A stretch of 64,000 bases of DNA from Candidatus Cloacimonadales bacterium (GTDB lineage Bacteria > Cloacimonadota > Cloacimonadia > Cloacimonadales > JAFGVF01), in assembly GCA_963667035.1 (NCBI GenBank), contig OY762964.1, positions 1,056,001 through 1,120,000 on the forward strand, written 5' to 3'. The notes beneath the pieces are model-generated. The model had not been told where the DNA came from, made no database searches, and saw only the letters and a list, made by a program, of their open reading frames with translations. Positions within the stretch are counted from its first letter, which is position 1, and the number at the start of each line of letters is the position of its first letter. Made by a program: the position numbers and the translations under genes. Below are positions 1 to 10,103 of this stretch, in pieces.

Positions 1-67
1 AAATGAAGGTGTCACTTTACAATAATCAAAAAAACATACAGAACTTACCATATTTCAGATAAAAGAA

Positions 68-144
68 TGGTCGGGATGACTGGATTTGAACCAGCGGCCT
101 CTCGGTCCCGAACCGAACGCGCTACCAAACTGCGCTACATCCCG
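68..144 (-). tRNA. tRNA-Pro (anticodon CGG)
   Basis: Reverse complement CGGGATGTAGCGCAGTTTGGTAGCGCG-TTCGG-TT-CGG-GA-CCGAG-AGGCCGCTGGTTCAAATCCAGTCATCCCGACCA folds as a cloverleaf, with a GTTCAAATC T-loop and encoded CCA. Confidence 0.97.
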
Positions 145-332
145 ACTTAGGAATAGAAAGTTTTGCTTCGGTTAAGATGTCAAGCAAAATTGAAGACTAT
201 AAATTCATTGATACAATAACAACAATTTGTAATGATAGGATATCAATAATCAATACCAAATTAAGAGATAACTCAAGAGTCTCTCTAAGGTTTATTGTTA
301 TCAATGTTTCCCGGAAATGAGTTCATATTCAC

Positions 333-367
333 TTGACATGATGAGTTTAACCCAAAATTTGGTTAAA
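333..367 (+). promoter_or_regulatory. Putative promoter -35 (TTGACA) and palindromic operator-like site upstream of ptb
   Basis: TTGACA at 333-338; inverted repeat TTTAACC-N8-GGTTAAA at 346-367; GGAGGA RBS before ATG 391. Confidence 0.4.
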
Positions 368-390
368 AACAAACATATTCTGGAGGATGA

Positions 391-1308
391 ATGGCTTTCA
401 CTAAATTATCTCAGACATTCGACTTTTTAAAAGACAAACCCAAAAAGAAACTAGTTGCTGTCTATGCTAATGACTCTCATACAATTTGTGCAGTTAACAT
501 GGCTGTTGATAAAGGAATTATTGACGGTATACTCTTAGGTAACAAAGAAACTATTGAGAAAGTGTGTAAAGAAGAAGGAGTAGATAGTAATAAATTTCAG
601 ATTATTCATGAACCGAATCCAATCGAATGTGCTTTGAAAGCATGTGATATGATTAATGCAGGCGAAGGAGATTTGATAATGAAAGGTCTTCTTAGTACTG
701 ATCAATATATGAGAGCTATTTTGAATAAAGAGCGTGGTTTAATGGAGAAGAAAGCAGTTCTTAGTCATGTAACGGTTTTTGAGATACCTAGTTATCATAA
801 ATTACTTATTGCCGGTGATGTTGCTATTATTCCGGCACCGGACTTGAATCAAAAAATAGCTATTACTAATTACCTTATTAAAACTGCTCATGCACTTGGA
901 ATTGAAAAACCAAAGGTAGGACTTCTTGCTGCTTCAGAGCAAACTCTTCCTAAAATGCAAGCTTGTGCCGATGCTGCAATAATTTCTAAAATGGCGGAAA
1001 GAGGACAGGTAAAAGGGGCTTACGTAGACGGTCCATTGGCATTTGATTTGATGGTCGATCCTGAATCTGTAAAAATTAAGAAGCTTGTAAGTCCTGTTGC
1101 CGGAGATGTTGATTGTGTTATGTTCCCAAATATTGAAAGTGGAAACGTATTCTATAAATCCGTAACAAGATTTGGCGGAGCATCGCTCGGTGCTCTTGTG
1201 GTTGGAGCTAAAGTTCCTGCTGTTTTATCTTCTCGTGGAGATACAACAGAAACAAAGATGTACTCTATTGCTTTAGGAGCAACTCTTGCTTTCTTAAACA
1301 ATAAGTAA
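391..1308 (+). CDS. ptb: Phosphate butyryltransferase / phosphate acyltransferase (PTA_PTB family)
   Basis: Motifs MKG, DVAIIPAPDL, DGPLAFD, PNIESGN, SRGD typical of PTB; good RBS. Confidence 0.9.
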   Translation: MAFTKLSQTFDFLKDKPKKKLVAVYANDSHTICAVNMAVDKGIIDGILLGNKETIEKVCKEEGVDSNKFQIIHEPNPIECALKACDMINAGEGDLIMKGLLSTDQYMRAILNKERGLMEKKAVLSHVTVFEIPSYHKLLIAGDVAIIPAPDLNQKIAITNYLIKTAHALGIEKPKVGLLAASEQTLPKMQACADAAIISKMAERGQVKGAYVDGPLAFDLMVDPESVKIKKLVSPVAGDVDCVMFPNIESGNVFYKSVTRFGGASLGALVVGAKVPAVLSSRGDTTETKMYSIALGATLAFLNNK

Positions 1309-1360
1309 TAATACATATCCTAAATTGAGTTTAAGGCTACTGATAAATGTCAACAGTCTG

Positions 1361-1384
1361 AAGCCCCACAATTGTGGGGCTTTT
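1361..1384 (+). terminator. Intrinsic terminator after ptb (probably bidirectional)
   Basis: AAGCCCCACA-AT-TGTGGGGCTTTT hairpin with T-run. Confidence 0.85.
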
Positions 1385-1403
1385 CTAATATAGTTTAAGA
1401 ATG

Positions 1404-1601
1404 TTATGGTATTTGCAAAAATATCCTTCGTCCCCATTTCCCAGTTTCAAGACCTGCTTTAAATACAAGCCCACCACCTAATGGAGTATGAGAGGCACTT
1501 TTTACAAACCAACCCAGCTTATCAGCAAAGGGTATGACACCAACTGCAACACCTGCGACATAAATGCCAGCAGCACAAAGTAATTTTTCCTTATTATTCA
1601 T
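1404..1601 (-). CDS. Small 65-aa hydrophobic, Gly-rich, cationic peptide of unknown function
   Basis: Strong RBS AAAGGAGG upstream of ATG 1601; ends just before the bidirectional terminator. Confidence 0.6.
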   Translation of the reverse strand: MNNKEKLLCAAGIYVAGVAVGVIPFADKLGWFVKSASHTPLGGGLVFKAGLETGKWGRRIFLQIP

Positions 1602-1763
1602 AAAACCTCCTTTGTGAATTAAACAAATACACATTTAGATTAATTAATGATAAAGGCAATAAAAAAGTTATAAAATAGTTGGACAGATGCAGACAAGTCG
1701 GTTTGACGTATAGGGTAGTAAGAGGGAAAATACCTCCAGAATAGAAACATTCGGAGGTATAGA

Positions 1764-2069
1764 ATGGCTGAAGTTATTCCATTAACAGCTGAACGGATAG
1801 TCAACCTTACAGGTTTGAACGGTTCGTTGAAGAGTAATCCGTTATGGGTACCACACCACACTGCTGCAATTGCTGAGTTGGAGAGGTATCTCTATCCTGA
1901 ATATTACGATTATTTGGAGTCGGTAATAGCGAAACATACGAGGCTTACGAAGCTACTCTCGGTGAAATGGCAGCCGCTAAATGTTTTCAATTTTGCAAGA
2001 GAACTGGGATTTAGTTTTTCATTTTGTATTTCTAAGCTGATTTCATTGAAAATATTAAGAGAAAGTTAA
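1764..2069 (+). pseudogene. Hypothetical protein, probably a frameshifted remnant
   Basis: GGAGG RBS; protein-like N-terminus; after about 1915 an alternative frame reads GVGNSETYEAYEATLGEMAAAKCF, while the annotated frame degenerates into low-complexity sequence. Confidence 0.35.
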
Positions 2070-2288
2070 GATGAACTCAAAATAAAACACTACATAGCAA
2101 ATAAACATAACCATCATAAAACATGTCAATTAAGCATAAACAGCAGTAATGAGTAATGCACCATAATTCCGTTTTCGAAAAAAGATAGTCAAATTCCCGA
2201 TTTATTCTTGACAGTGTAGGTAATAAAAGGCAAGTTTGAAACAGATTTAGGCAATAAATTTCAAAAAAAGGCAAAAAGTGAGGAAGAA

Positions 2289-2732
2289 TTGAATTATACG
2301 AGCTTCTACGGTCACTCGAAAAACAGTCTGAATAATAACAGAGTTGTTATACCCAAGGATTTCAAAAGTGCTCTTAGTGTTGCAGCTAAGCAGACATTTT
2401 TCATACTTCCGGGACAGGACAACCGTTGTTTGATGGTCTTTCCTGCTGATGTCTGGGAAGAGATAATCTCTGGTATGGCAGAGAGCGATGACAAAGATTC
2501 GAAGCGTAGAATGAAGCACATGTTAATGATGGCCTCTAAAGAGAAACTGGAAGGGAATGCCGGTAGAGTAAGATTACCCGAGACTCTGATGGATAAGGTT
2601 GGAATAACAGGAAGTAAGGTTCATTTCTTTGGTGAAGGTAGATACTTCACAATTTATGGGGAAGAGGAAGGAGATAAGAAGTTCCTCGAGGTCTTTAACA
2701 GTATTAGCGAAATAGATTTTGATGAGTTTTAA
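2289..2732 (+). CDS. mraZ: Division/cell wall cluster transcriptional regulator MraZ
   Basis: Two SpoVT/AbrB-like repeats (NRVVIPKDF; GRVRLPE); first gene of the dcw cluster; TTG start. Confidence 0.88.
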   Translation: MNYTSFYGHSKNSLNNNRVVIPKDFKSALSVAAKQTFFILPGQDNRCLMVFPADVWEEIISGMAESDDKDSKRRMKHMLMMASKEKLEGNAGRVRLPETLMDKVGITGSKVHFFGEGRYFTIYGEEEGDKKFLEVFNSISEIDFDEF

Positions 2733-2734
2733 TT

Positions 2735-3682
2735 ATGTATCATACTAGCGTACTCTTAGATGAATCTGTGCAATCTCTTCAAATAAAGCCAAAAGGTATC
2801 TATGTTGATGGGACTCTCGGATCAGGCGGACACGCAAAGGCTATCCTGGAATCTGAGCCTACAATCAAGTTATTCGGATTTGACCAGGATCAAGAAGCTA
2901 TAGATTATGCTACTAATAGACTCAGTGCTTATGCTGACAGAATAACAATCATAAAAGATAATTTTGCAAACATACGAACTCAGCTTGCGTGGCATAAAGT
3001 GAGTTCTATTGACGGTATACTGTTGGATTTAGGTGTATCATCCAGACAATTTGATTCAGGAGAGCGAGGATTCAGTTTTCAAGAGAATTATCCACTTGAT
3101 ATGAGAATGGATAGGCAAACGGATTATACTGCAAAAGAAGCATTAAATGAACTATCTCTTGAAGAACTAACAACCATCATCCGAGAATATGGAGAAGAAA
3201 AACAAGCATATAAGATAGCTAAGGCAATAATCGAAAGACGGTTGGACAAGCCATTTGAGACGACAAGAGAGTTATCGGATATCATAGAAAAAGTGGTTAA
3301 AGGTAATCCAAAGTTTATTATAAAAAGCAAAGCCAGAGTTTTTCAAGCTATTAGAATCCATGTAAATAACGAACTTGGAGTATTAACTAAGGTTATGGAG
3401 GATGCCTTAAACATCCTTAACCCGGGTGGGGTTATGTCAATAATCACATTCCACAGCTTAGAAGACAGATTGGTAAAGGATTTCTTTAAGTTACAGGAAA
3501 AGGACTGTATTTGTCCTCCTAACTTTCCTAAATGTGTATGTGATAAATATTCCCGGCTGAAGATTCTTGGTAAGAAGCCTATAGTTGCATGTGAACAGGA
3601 GATTCGTGAAAACAGTCGCTCCAGATCTGCTAAACTTAGAGTAGCAGTTAAGACAAGATGGGGGAATGGTGAACAGAATTAG
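2735..3682 (+). CDS. rsmH: 16S rRNA m4C1402 methyltransferase RsmH
   Basis: DGTLGSGGH, DLGVSS, PLDMRMD, FHSLEDR and RSRSAKLR motifs. Confidence 0.97.
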   Translation: MYHTSVLLDESVQSLQIKPKGIYVDGTLGSGGHAKAILESEPTIKLFGFDQDQEAIDYATNRLSAYADRITIIKDNFANIRTQLAWHKVSSIDGILLDLGVSSRQFDSGERGFSFQENYPLDMRMDRQTDYTAKEALNELSLEELTTIIREYGEEKQAYKIAKAIIERRLDKPFETTRELSDIIEKVVKGNPKFIIKSKARVFQAIRIHVNNELGVLTKVMEDALNILNPGGVMSIITFHSLEDRLVKDFFKLQEKDCICPPNFPKCVCDKYSRLKILGKKPIVACEQEIRENSRSRSAKLRVAVKTRWGNGEQN

Positions 3683-4007
3683 TATAATCTTTTTAATCCT
3701 TTTCCTTGCCTTTGTTGTACACTTTGTATTTGTTTCAATAGTGACTAGAAGTGGAAGAATGAATACCAAACTTAGTAATGAGCTTGTAGCCGCAAAAAGT
3801 CTTAATGAAACTTTGAAGAAAGAGTATAATAGTCTAACTTCCAGAGAAAGAGTAGAAACAATTGCAGAAAACAAGCTAGGAATGATTAAAAGTGAGTTTT
3901 TAAAAGATAATCTTGATTTCGTATTATGGGAGGAAACCAGAAAGGGATGGACTGTTGAGTTTCTAGGCACTATCACAAACAATGTTTTAGCTGCAGATAG
4001 GCAATGA
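3666..4007 (+). CDS. ftsL: Cell division protein FtsL-like
   Basis: N-terminal TM helix plus coiled coil with RVETIAENKLGM; lies between rsmH and ftsI. Confidence 0.75.
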   Translation: MVNRISIIFLILFLAFVVHFVFVSIVTRSGRMNTKLSNELVAAKSLNETLKKEYNSLTSRERVETIAENKLGMIKSEFLKDNLDFVLWEETRKGWTVEFLGTITNNVLAADRQ

Positions 4008-6238
4008 ATAATACTCGGATAAAATCACTTCTGGTTGTAACAACAGGAATAGGAATCTTTTGGATTATAAGTCTATTCCTTATTCAAGTACTTGATGTAA
4101 ACAATTTTAAAGATAAAGCTTCCAGACAATATGTTCCGGGTAGAGAAGTTATACTTCCTCAACGTGGAGCAATTTATGACAGAAATGGGGAGTTATTAGT
4201 CAGCACTCAAAAGAACTATTCAATGGAAATTGATTTGGTAGCTATTAAAGAGTATGCAAAATACTATTCCACAGAAACAGATAAAATTGACGTAAATGAT
4301 ATTAAAAAGAATATTGCTAAGATTATATCTTCATATATAGATTTGAACTATAATGAGGTTATTCATAAACTTAATCCCAGTACCAATAGAAGATGTGTTC
4401 CAATCAGTGACAAGATATCAGAGCTTGCTATCAAGCAAATCAAAGAGGATTTTAGAAAAGAGAAGTATAGGTTTCACATTATTAACTTCAATTCTTTTAA
4501 AAGAGTATATCAAAAGGGAGCTTTGGCAGCTAGACTTTTAGGAGCAGTCACAAGTGACATTGATGAAGACTTGAGAATTAGAAATCCTGAAAAAACACTT
4601 TATGAACTTAAGGGAATATGCGGTATTGAAAAGAGCTTTAACGATGTCTTAAGTGGTGTACATGGTTGGCAGGATGCAATATATGAAGCTAACACTAGAA
4701 TTCCTATAGCTTATGAAGGATTAAAATCTAAACCTGCTGTAGATGGTAAAGATATTTATCTTACTATTGATTCCGATATTCAGGAGATAGTCAGTAATGT
4801 CCTTGAATCAGGTTTAAAGAAAACCAATGCCAAGAATGCAGTTGGAATTGTGATGAGTGCGGAAACAGGAGAAATATATGCTATGAGTAGCATAAACAGC
4901 GAAGATAAAGTCAGGGATATTAATAAACTGAGAACTTTACCTAATCTCTGCGTCAGCTTCCTCTATGAACCCGGTTCTACAATGAAACCTGTTACTGCGG
5001 CAGCAGCTTTACAATATAACACAATCTCTATAGACGATACAGTTAACTGTCGCTCAAGAACAGAGTATTTTGGCAAAGGAAGAAACAAGAAAAAGAGAAT
5101 AATTGATGATGATGATCATGATTTTCATGATTTGTCTCTTAGAGATATTATTGCTAAGTCATCCAATCCGGGAATATCTCGAGTATCGGATAGGATTGAT
5201 GATATTAAATTATATAATATGTTTAGAGACTTTGGCTTTGGTCGAAAAACAGGAACAGATTTTAATGAAGAAGCAAAAGGTCTTATTCGACCCATTGATA
5301 AATGGACTAGTTACTCCAAACACTCTCTTTCATTCGGTCATGAAATAAGTGTAACTCCGTTGCAAGTGGCAACTGCATATGTTACTATCGCTAACGATGG
5401 GAAACCTTTAAAACCTTATATTCTAAGAGGTTTGAAAGAGGATAATGGTAGCATTGAATTCTCTAAATCAAGAGAAGGAGAGAGAATATTAAAGAAAAAT
5501 GTTGTCAAAGATGTACAATCAGCATTAGAAGCAGTTGTTGAGTACGGAACAGGTTCAAAGTTGAACTTGGACTATCTTAATCTAGCAGGAAAGACAGGTA
5601 CTGCAGAAAAGCTAGATCCGTTAACAAAAAGATATACAAACAAATATTTTGCTTCTTTCAGTGGCTATTTCCCAACTGATAACCCCAAATTTGTAGTATT
5701 CGTTATGTTTGATGAAGCATCATATTACTATAGAACAGGTTCATTATCTGCAGGAGTATCTGTTAATAAAATATCAAGAGGAATCCTTTCCTTACCAAGA
5801 TATCGTATAGCTGAAAAAGAAGTGATAAATGATATTGTGTTACGAAAAGTTCCGGATGTTAAAGGACTTAATGTTGAGCAAGCAAAAACAATCCTTACTC
5901 AGAACAAGATACTCTGTGAAATCAAAGAATTGAATAGAGAAGGAATAGTTACCGAACAGATACCTGAAGCCGGAGCAGAAGTAGGTCCGGGACAAAAAGT
6001 GATACTCGTTATAGATAATGTTGAAGTGAATAATGCAAATAATGAAAGTGGAAGTGAGAGTGATGAGATGATAAAAATGCCTGACCTGACGGGATTGACA
6101 TTGAGGAAAGCAATTCAAATCGCTCAAAATCATAATATAGGATTAGAAATAAGTGGAAAAGGTTTAGTGATAACCCAATCCATTGAATATGGAAAAGAGT
6201 TAAAAGCAGGCACTGTATGCAAAGTAAAATTACGGTAA
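4004..6238 (+). CDS. ftsI: Class B penicillin-binding protein FtsI with two C-terminal PASTA domains
   Basis: RGAIYDRNG; catalytic STMK, SSN and KTG motifs; PASTA starts VPDVKG and MPDLTG. Confidence 0.93.
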   Translation: MNNTRIKSLLVVTTGIGIFWIISLFLIQVLDVNNFKDKASRQYVPGREVILPQRGAIYDRNGELLVSTQKNYSMEIDLVAIKEYAKYYSTETDKIDVNDIKKNIAKIISSYIDLNYNEVIHKLNPSTNRRCVPISDKISELAIKQIKEDFRKEKYRFHIINFNSFKRVYQKGALAARLLGAVTSDIDEDLRIRNPEKTLYELKGICGIEKSFNDVLSGVHGWQDAIYEANTRIPIAYEGLKSKPAVDGKDIYLTIDSDIQEIVSNVLESGLKKTNAKNAVGIVMSAETGEIYAMSSINSEDKVRDINKLRTLPNLCVSFLYEPGSTMKPVTAAAALQYNTISIDDTVNCRSRTEYFGKGRNKKKRIIDDDDHDFHDLSLRDIIAKSSNPGISRVSDRIDDIKLYNMFRDFGFGRKTGTDFNEEAKGLIRPIDKWTSYSKHSLSFGHEISVTPLQVATAYVTIANDGKPLKPYILRGLKEDNGSIEFSKSREGERILKKNVVKDVQSALEAVVEYGTGSKLNLDYLNLAGKTGTAEKLDPLTKRYTNKYFASFSGYFPTDNPKFVVFVMFDEASYYYRTGSLSAGVSVNKISRGILSLPRYRIAEKEVINDIVLRKVPDVKGLNVEQAKTILTQNKILCEIKELNREGIVTEQIPEAGAEVGPGQKVILVIDNVEVNNANNESGSESDEMIKMPDLTGLTLRKAIQIAQNHNIGLEISGKGLVITQSIEYGKELKAGTVCKVKLR

Positions 6239-8988
6239 AAAGAATAATCAAGTTACTAAAAGAAAATGGTCTTTTTCAATCTAAGAGTAATTTGACCGGA
6301 GATGAGATAATTACTGGGACAGTACATACTGATTCCAGGAAGGTTTGTCCGGGTGATATTTTTGTAGCAATAAAAGGTTTTGTAACTGACGGTCATTATT
6401 ATATAAAGAATGCTAAAGAAGCAGGTGCTTCACTTGTTATTACCGAAGCGATGGTAACAACTAATTTGTCACAAATTAAAGTATTGGATAGCAGAAAGGC
6501 TACTGCTTTGATTATAAATGAACTCACAGGTAATCCTACATCAAAACTTAAACTAATTGGTATCACGGGGACTAACGGTAAGACAACTACGTCATTTATT
6601 ATTAGTAACATACTGAAGCAAATTGGATTAAAGTACGGAGTTATAGGAACACTTGGTTACTATATTGATGATGAATTTTTCCCAACAAAATTGACTACAC
6701 CCGATATTCTTGATTTGAATAAGATATTTGTTAAGATGTTGGAAGAAGGTGTTGAAGTTGTTGTGATGGAAGTTTCTGCTCATGCGATATCGCTTAGAAG
6801 AATCAACGGTTTGAAATTTGATTTAGCTTGTTTTACAAATCTATCAAGGGACCATTTGGACTTTTATGATAATATGGATGAGTATTTTAAGACCAAGAGA
6901 GGTTTTGTAAAAAATGTAGCAAAATATGGAAAAGCATTGATTAATAATGAAGATATGTGGGGTAACAAGCTAGCCGATGATATATCTAAAAATAAGTATA
7001 CAATTGGTACAGAAAATTGTGATTATAAGATAGAAAATATAAAAATAACAATGAACGGAAGTGAATTCACTTGTTCTTTAGGTAAGGAAAGATGTGTTTT
7101 AAAGACAAATCTCACCGGTAAATACAACATCAGAAATTGTGCGATGGGTATTATTGCTGTGTATTTATTATATCCTGAAGTTAGATGCTCTGATATCAAT
7201 CTAGCGGAAATGGATTTTGTTCCAGGACGTTTGGAACGTATAGTTAACAATAGTGGAGTAACAGTTTACAATGACTATGCTCATACTCCCGATGCAATTG
7301 AAAAAGTGCTTGATAGCATAAAAGAATTTACTTCCGGAAGAATTATTACAATCTGCGGTGCCGGAGGAGATAGAGATAAAGGTAAAAGACCCGAAATGTT
7401 TAGGAAGGCATTAAATGGTTCTGACTTGGTTATTATTACTAACGATAACCCAAGATTTGAAAACCCTAATGATATTATTAATGACATTGTAGTAGATGCA
7501 GGAACAAACGATAATTATTTGATTATAAGAGATAGGAAAATAGCCATAGAAACAGCTATAAAACTAGCTCATAGTAATGACATTGTTTTAATAGCGGGAA
7601 AGGGGCATGAAGAATATCAAGAGATTGAGGGAGTTCGTCACTCATTTAGCGATAAGGAAGTCGCTTTAAATTATCGAGAAAGACCTTCAACAACAGGAAA
7701 ATTAAGTGTATATCTTGACCTTGTATGGATAAAGAAGATACTTGGAAAGAAATTCACGGATGATAAAGAGTATCTATTCAAATACATATCGACCGATTCA
7801 AGAACTGTTAAGCCGTATTCACTATTCATAGCTCTTAAGGGGGAAAGATTTGACGGACATACTTATCTTGAAGAGGTATTAGCAGAGCCAACCAACTGGG
7901 CGATAGTCTCGAGACGCATTAATCACCCAAGATGTATCTGTGTTGAAGATACCTTGTATGCCTATGGGGAGCTTGCGAAGCATTACTTAAGACTCTTTAA
8001 CCTAAAGACAATAGGTATAACCGGTAGTGCTGGAAAAACTACGACTAAAGAGTATATATATAGTATTTTTAATCAGAGATTTAAAACGCATAAAACTCAT
8101 TCAAATGAGAACAATCTGGTAGGTTTGCCTAAAACTATCTTTAATTTGAGTAACAAGGATGAGTTTGCAATTTTTGAATTAGGAAGTAATCATCCCGGAG
8201 AAATCGAAAGATTAGCAGAGATATGTAATCCTGAAGTTGGTATTATAACATATATAGGTCCATCTCATCTTGAATTCTTCAAAGACATAAACGGGGTATT
8301 TAAGGAAAAATCGTCTTTGTTTAAGCATACTCATGGTTATAAGCTGTTTAACAACGACCTGCAGCTTTTCTCATCAACTGATTATGGAAAATCTATTGGG
8401 TTTAACAGAGCGAATGATTTAGTTATCACATTTATCGAAAGTAATGATGATACAATTACATTTAAACTAAATGATAGTGAATACAGACTGAACACACCCG
8501 TACCTTATCTTTCTCTAAATGCAGCATTTGCTATTGAAACGGCATCATACTTCGGATTGGATAGTGTAACTATTCAAAAGGGGTTAAATGCTACTGCTAT
8601 AATTAAAAATCGAATGGAGATAATAGCACGAGAAGATAGGATAATCATAAGTGATTGTTATAATGCAAATCCTATTTCGATGAATGCGGCAATAGAATTC
8701 TGGCAGAACTTAAAACCTGATTTTAATCACATAGCTTTCATTGGTGACATGCTTGAATTAGGAGAGAATGCTGATAAGTATCATAAGGATTTAGCTAAAG
8801 TTTTAAAAGGTAATGCAAACATTGTAACAGTAGGATTTTATACGAGACTGCTTAATAGCATTTCTCACTATGATAGTATTGAGAAAATGCTTAAAGAATA
8901 TGATTTCTCTTCAATCCCTGAAAGAAGTGTGATACTTCTAAAAGCATCTAACAGTATTAAGCTAAACAAATTACTGGAGTACTTATAA
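6217..8988 (+). CDS. murE-murF: Fused MurE-MurF ligase
   Basis: N half GTNGKTT, DYAHTPD, DNPR (meso-DAP type), AGKGHE; C half GSAGKTTTKE, ELGSNHPGEI, DCYNANP, GDMLELG, LKAS, in one 923-aa ORF. Confidence 0.95.
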   Translation: MQSKITVKRIIKLLKENGLFQSKSNLTGDEIITGTVHTDSRKVCPGDIFVAIKGFVTDGHYYIKNAKEAGASLVITEAMVTTNLSQIKVLDSRKATALIINELTGNPTSKLKLIGITGTNGKTTTSFIISNILKQIGLKYGVIGTLGYYIDDEFFPTKLTTPDILDLNKIFVKMLEEGVEVVVMEVSAHAISLRRINGLKFDLACFTNLSRDHLDFYDNMDEYFKTKRGFVKNVAKYGKALINNEDMWGNKLADDISKNKYTIGTENCDYKIENIKITMNGSEFTCSLGKERCVLKTNLTGKYNIRNCAMGIIAVYLLYPEVRCSDINLAEMDFVPGRLERIVNNSGVTVYNDYAHTPDAIEKVLDSIKEFTSGRIITICGAGGDRDKGKRPEMFRKALNGSDLVIITNDNPRFENPNDIINDIVVDAGTNDNYLIIRDRKIAIETAIKLAHSNDIVLIAGKGHEEYQEIEGVRHSFSDKEVALNYRERPSTTGKLSVYLDLVWIKKILGKKFTDDKEYLFKYISTDSRTVKPYSLFIALKGERFDGHTYLEEVLAEPTNWAIVSRRINHPRCICVEDTLYAYGELAKHYLRLFNLKTIGITGSAGKTTTKEYIYSIFNQRFKTHKTHSNENNLVGLPKTIFNLSNKDEFAIFELGSNHPGEIERLAEICNPEVGIITYIGPSHLEFFKDINGVFKEKSSLFKHTHGYKLFNNDLQLFSSTDYGKSIGFNRANDLVITFIESNDDTITFKLNDSEYRLNTPVPYLSLNAAFAIETASYFGLDSVTIQKGLNATAIIKNRMEIIAREDRIIISDCYNANPISMNAAIEFWQNLKPDFNHIAFIGDMLELGENADKYHKDLAKVLKGNANIVTVGFYTRLLNSISHYDSIEKMLKEYDFSSIPERSVILLKASNSIKLNKLLEYL

Positions 8989-10091
8989 TGTTTTATTTAT
9001 TATTTTCACCTCTCCAGAACTACCATATCTTCTTTAATGTATTCAGATATGTGACATTCCGTTCAATTATGGCTTTTATTACAGCTATAATATTCTCTTT
9101 GTTTATTGGGAAAAGGCTAATTAATCTCCTCCAAAGAAAAAGGGCGATTGAAGAGATTGACGAAGATATGCCAGATACTCATAAATCAAAAAAGGGTACT
9201 CCAACTATGGGCGGAATAATCATCTTGGTAGGATTATTGATATCATCTGTTCTATGGAATGATATTAGTAATACATTTATACTTTTGATGTATTTAACAA
9301 CTATCTGGTTGGGTTTATTTGGTTTTCTCGATGATTACTTAAAGAATTTTGTTAAGGCCAAGAAAGGCTTGATACCTAAGTATAAGCTTTTAGGACAGGT
9401 ATCTATTGCTCTTCTCATATCAATAGCTATATTTGTTTTATATAAAAATGATCCTAATGTAACGATGATACAAATTCCGTTCTTGAAGAATACTTCTATT
9501 AGATTAGGATTACTGTTTATTCCTTTTGTTGTTTTCATGATTACAGGAACATCTAATGCCGTAAATCTAACAGATGGTTTAGATGGATTAGCAGCAGGAG
9601 TTATCTCCTTCTCTGTTATTGGACTTGGAATAATGGCTTATATCAAAGGTAACTTTGTGCTTTCAGGATATTTGAATATGGAGTTCATTGCCGAGGCTGG
9701 CGAGTTAACCGTTTTTACATCAGCGTTACTAGGAACACTGATTGGTTTCTTATGGTATAATACTAATCCCGCTGAGATCTTTATGGGAGATACGGGATCC
9801 TTAGCTTTGGGTGGAATGTTAGCACAAATGTCAATATTACTTAGGGAGCAGATATTTTTTGCTATTATTGGTATGATATTTATAGCTGAGACATTGTCAG
9901 TTATTATGCAAAGACACTATTTTAGATATACAAAGAAAAAATTTGGGGAAGGAAAGAGGATTTTCTTATGTGCTCCAATACATCATCACTTTGAAAAGAA
10001 GGGTATAAAAGAGACAAAGATAGTTGTAAGATTTTGGATTATCTCGGTGCTGCTTCTTGCATTAGGTTTAGCAACAATTAAGCTTCGATAG
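8988..10091 (+). CDS. mraY: Phospho-N-acetylmuramoyl-pentapeptide transferase
   Basis: KGTPTMGG, NAVNLTDGLDGLA, FMGDTGS, APIHHHFE. Confidence 0.98.
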   Translation: MFYLLFSPLQNYHIFFNVFRYVTFRSIMAFITAIIFSLFIGKRLINLLQRKRAIEEIDEDMPDTHKSKKGTPTMGGIIILVGLLISSVLWNDISNTFILLMYLTTIWLGLFGFLDDYLKNFVKAKKGLIPKYKLLGQVSIALLISIAIFVLYKNDPNVTMIQIPFLKNTSIRLGLLFIPFVVFMITGTSNAVNLTDGLDGLAAGVISFSVIGLGIMAYIKGNFVLSGYLNMEFIAEAGELTVFTSALLGTLIGFLWYNTNPAEIFMGDTGSLALGGMLAQMSILLREQIFFAIIGMIFIAETLSVIMQRHYFRYTKKKFGEGKRIFLCAPIHHHFEKKGIKETKIVVRFWIISVLLLALGLATIKLR

Positions 10092-10103
10092 GAGTTATAA
10101 AGA

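Noticed and set aside
2228..2274. Three AGGCAA repeats as MraZ boxes
   Set aside because: Spacing of 20-21 bp and sequence differ from known GTGGG-type 10-bp-period MraZ sites; too weak to call.
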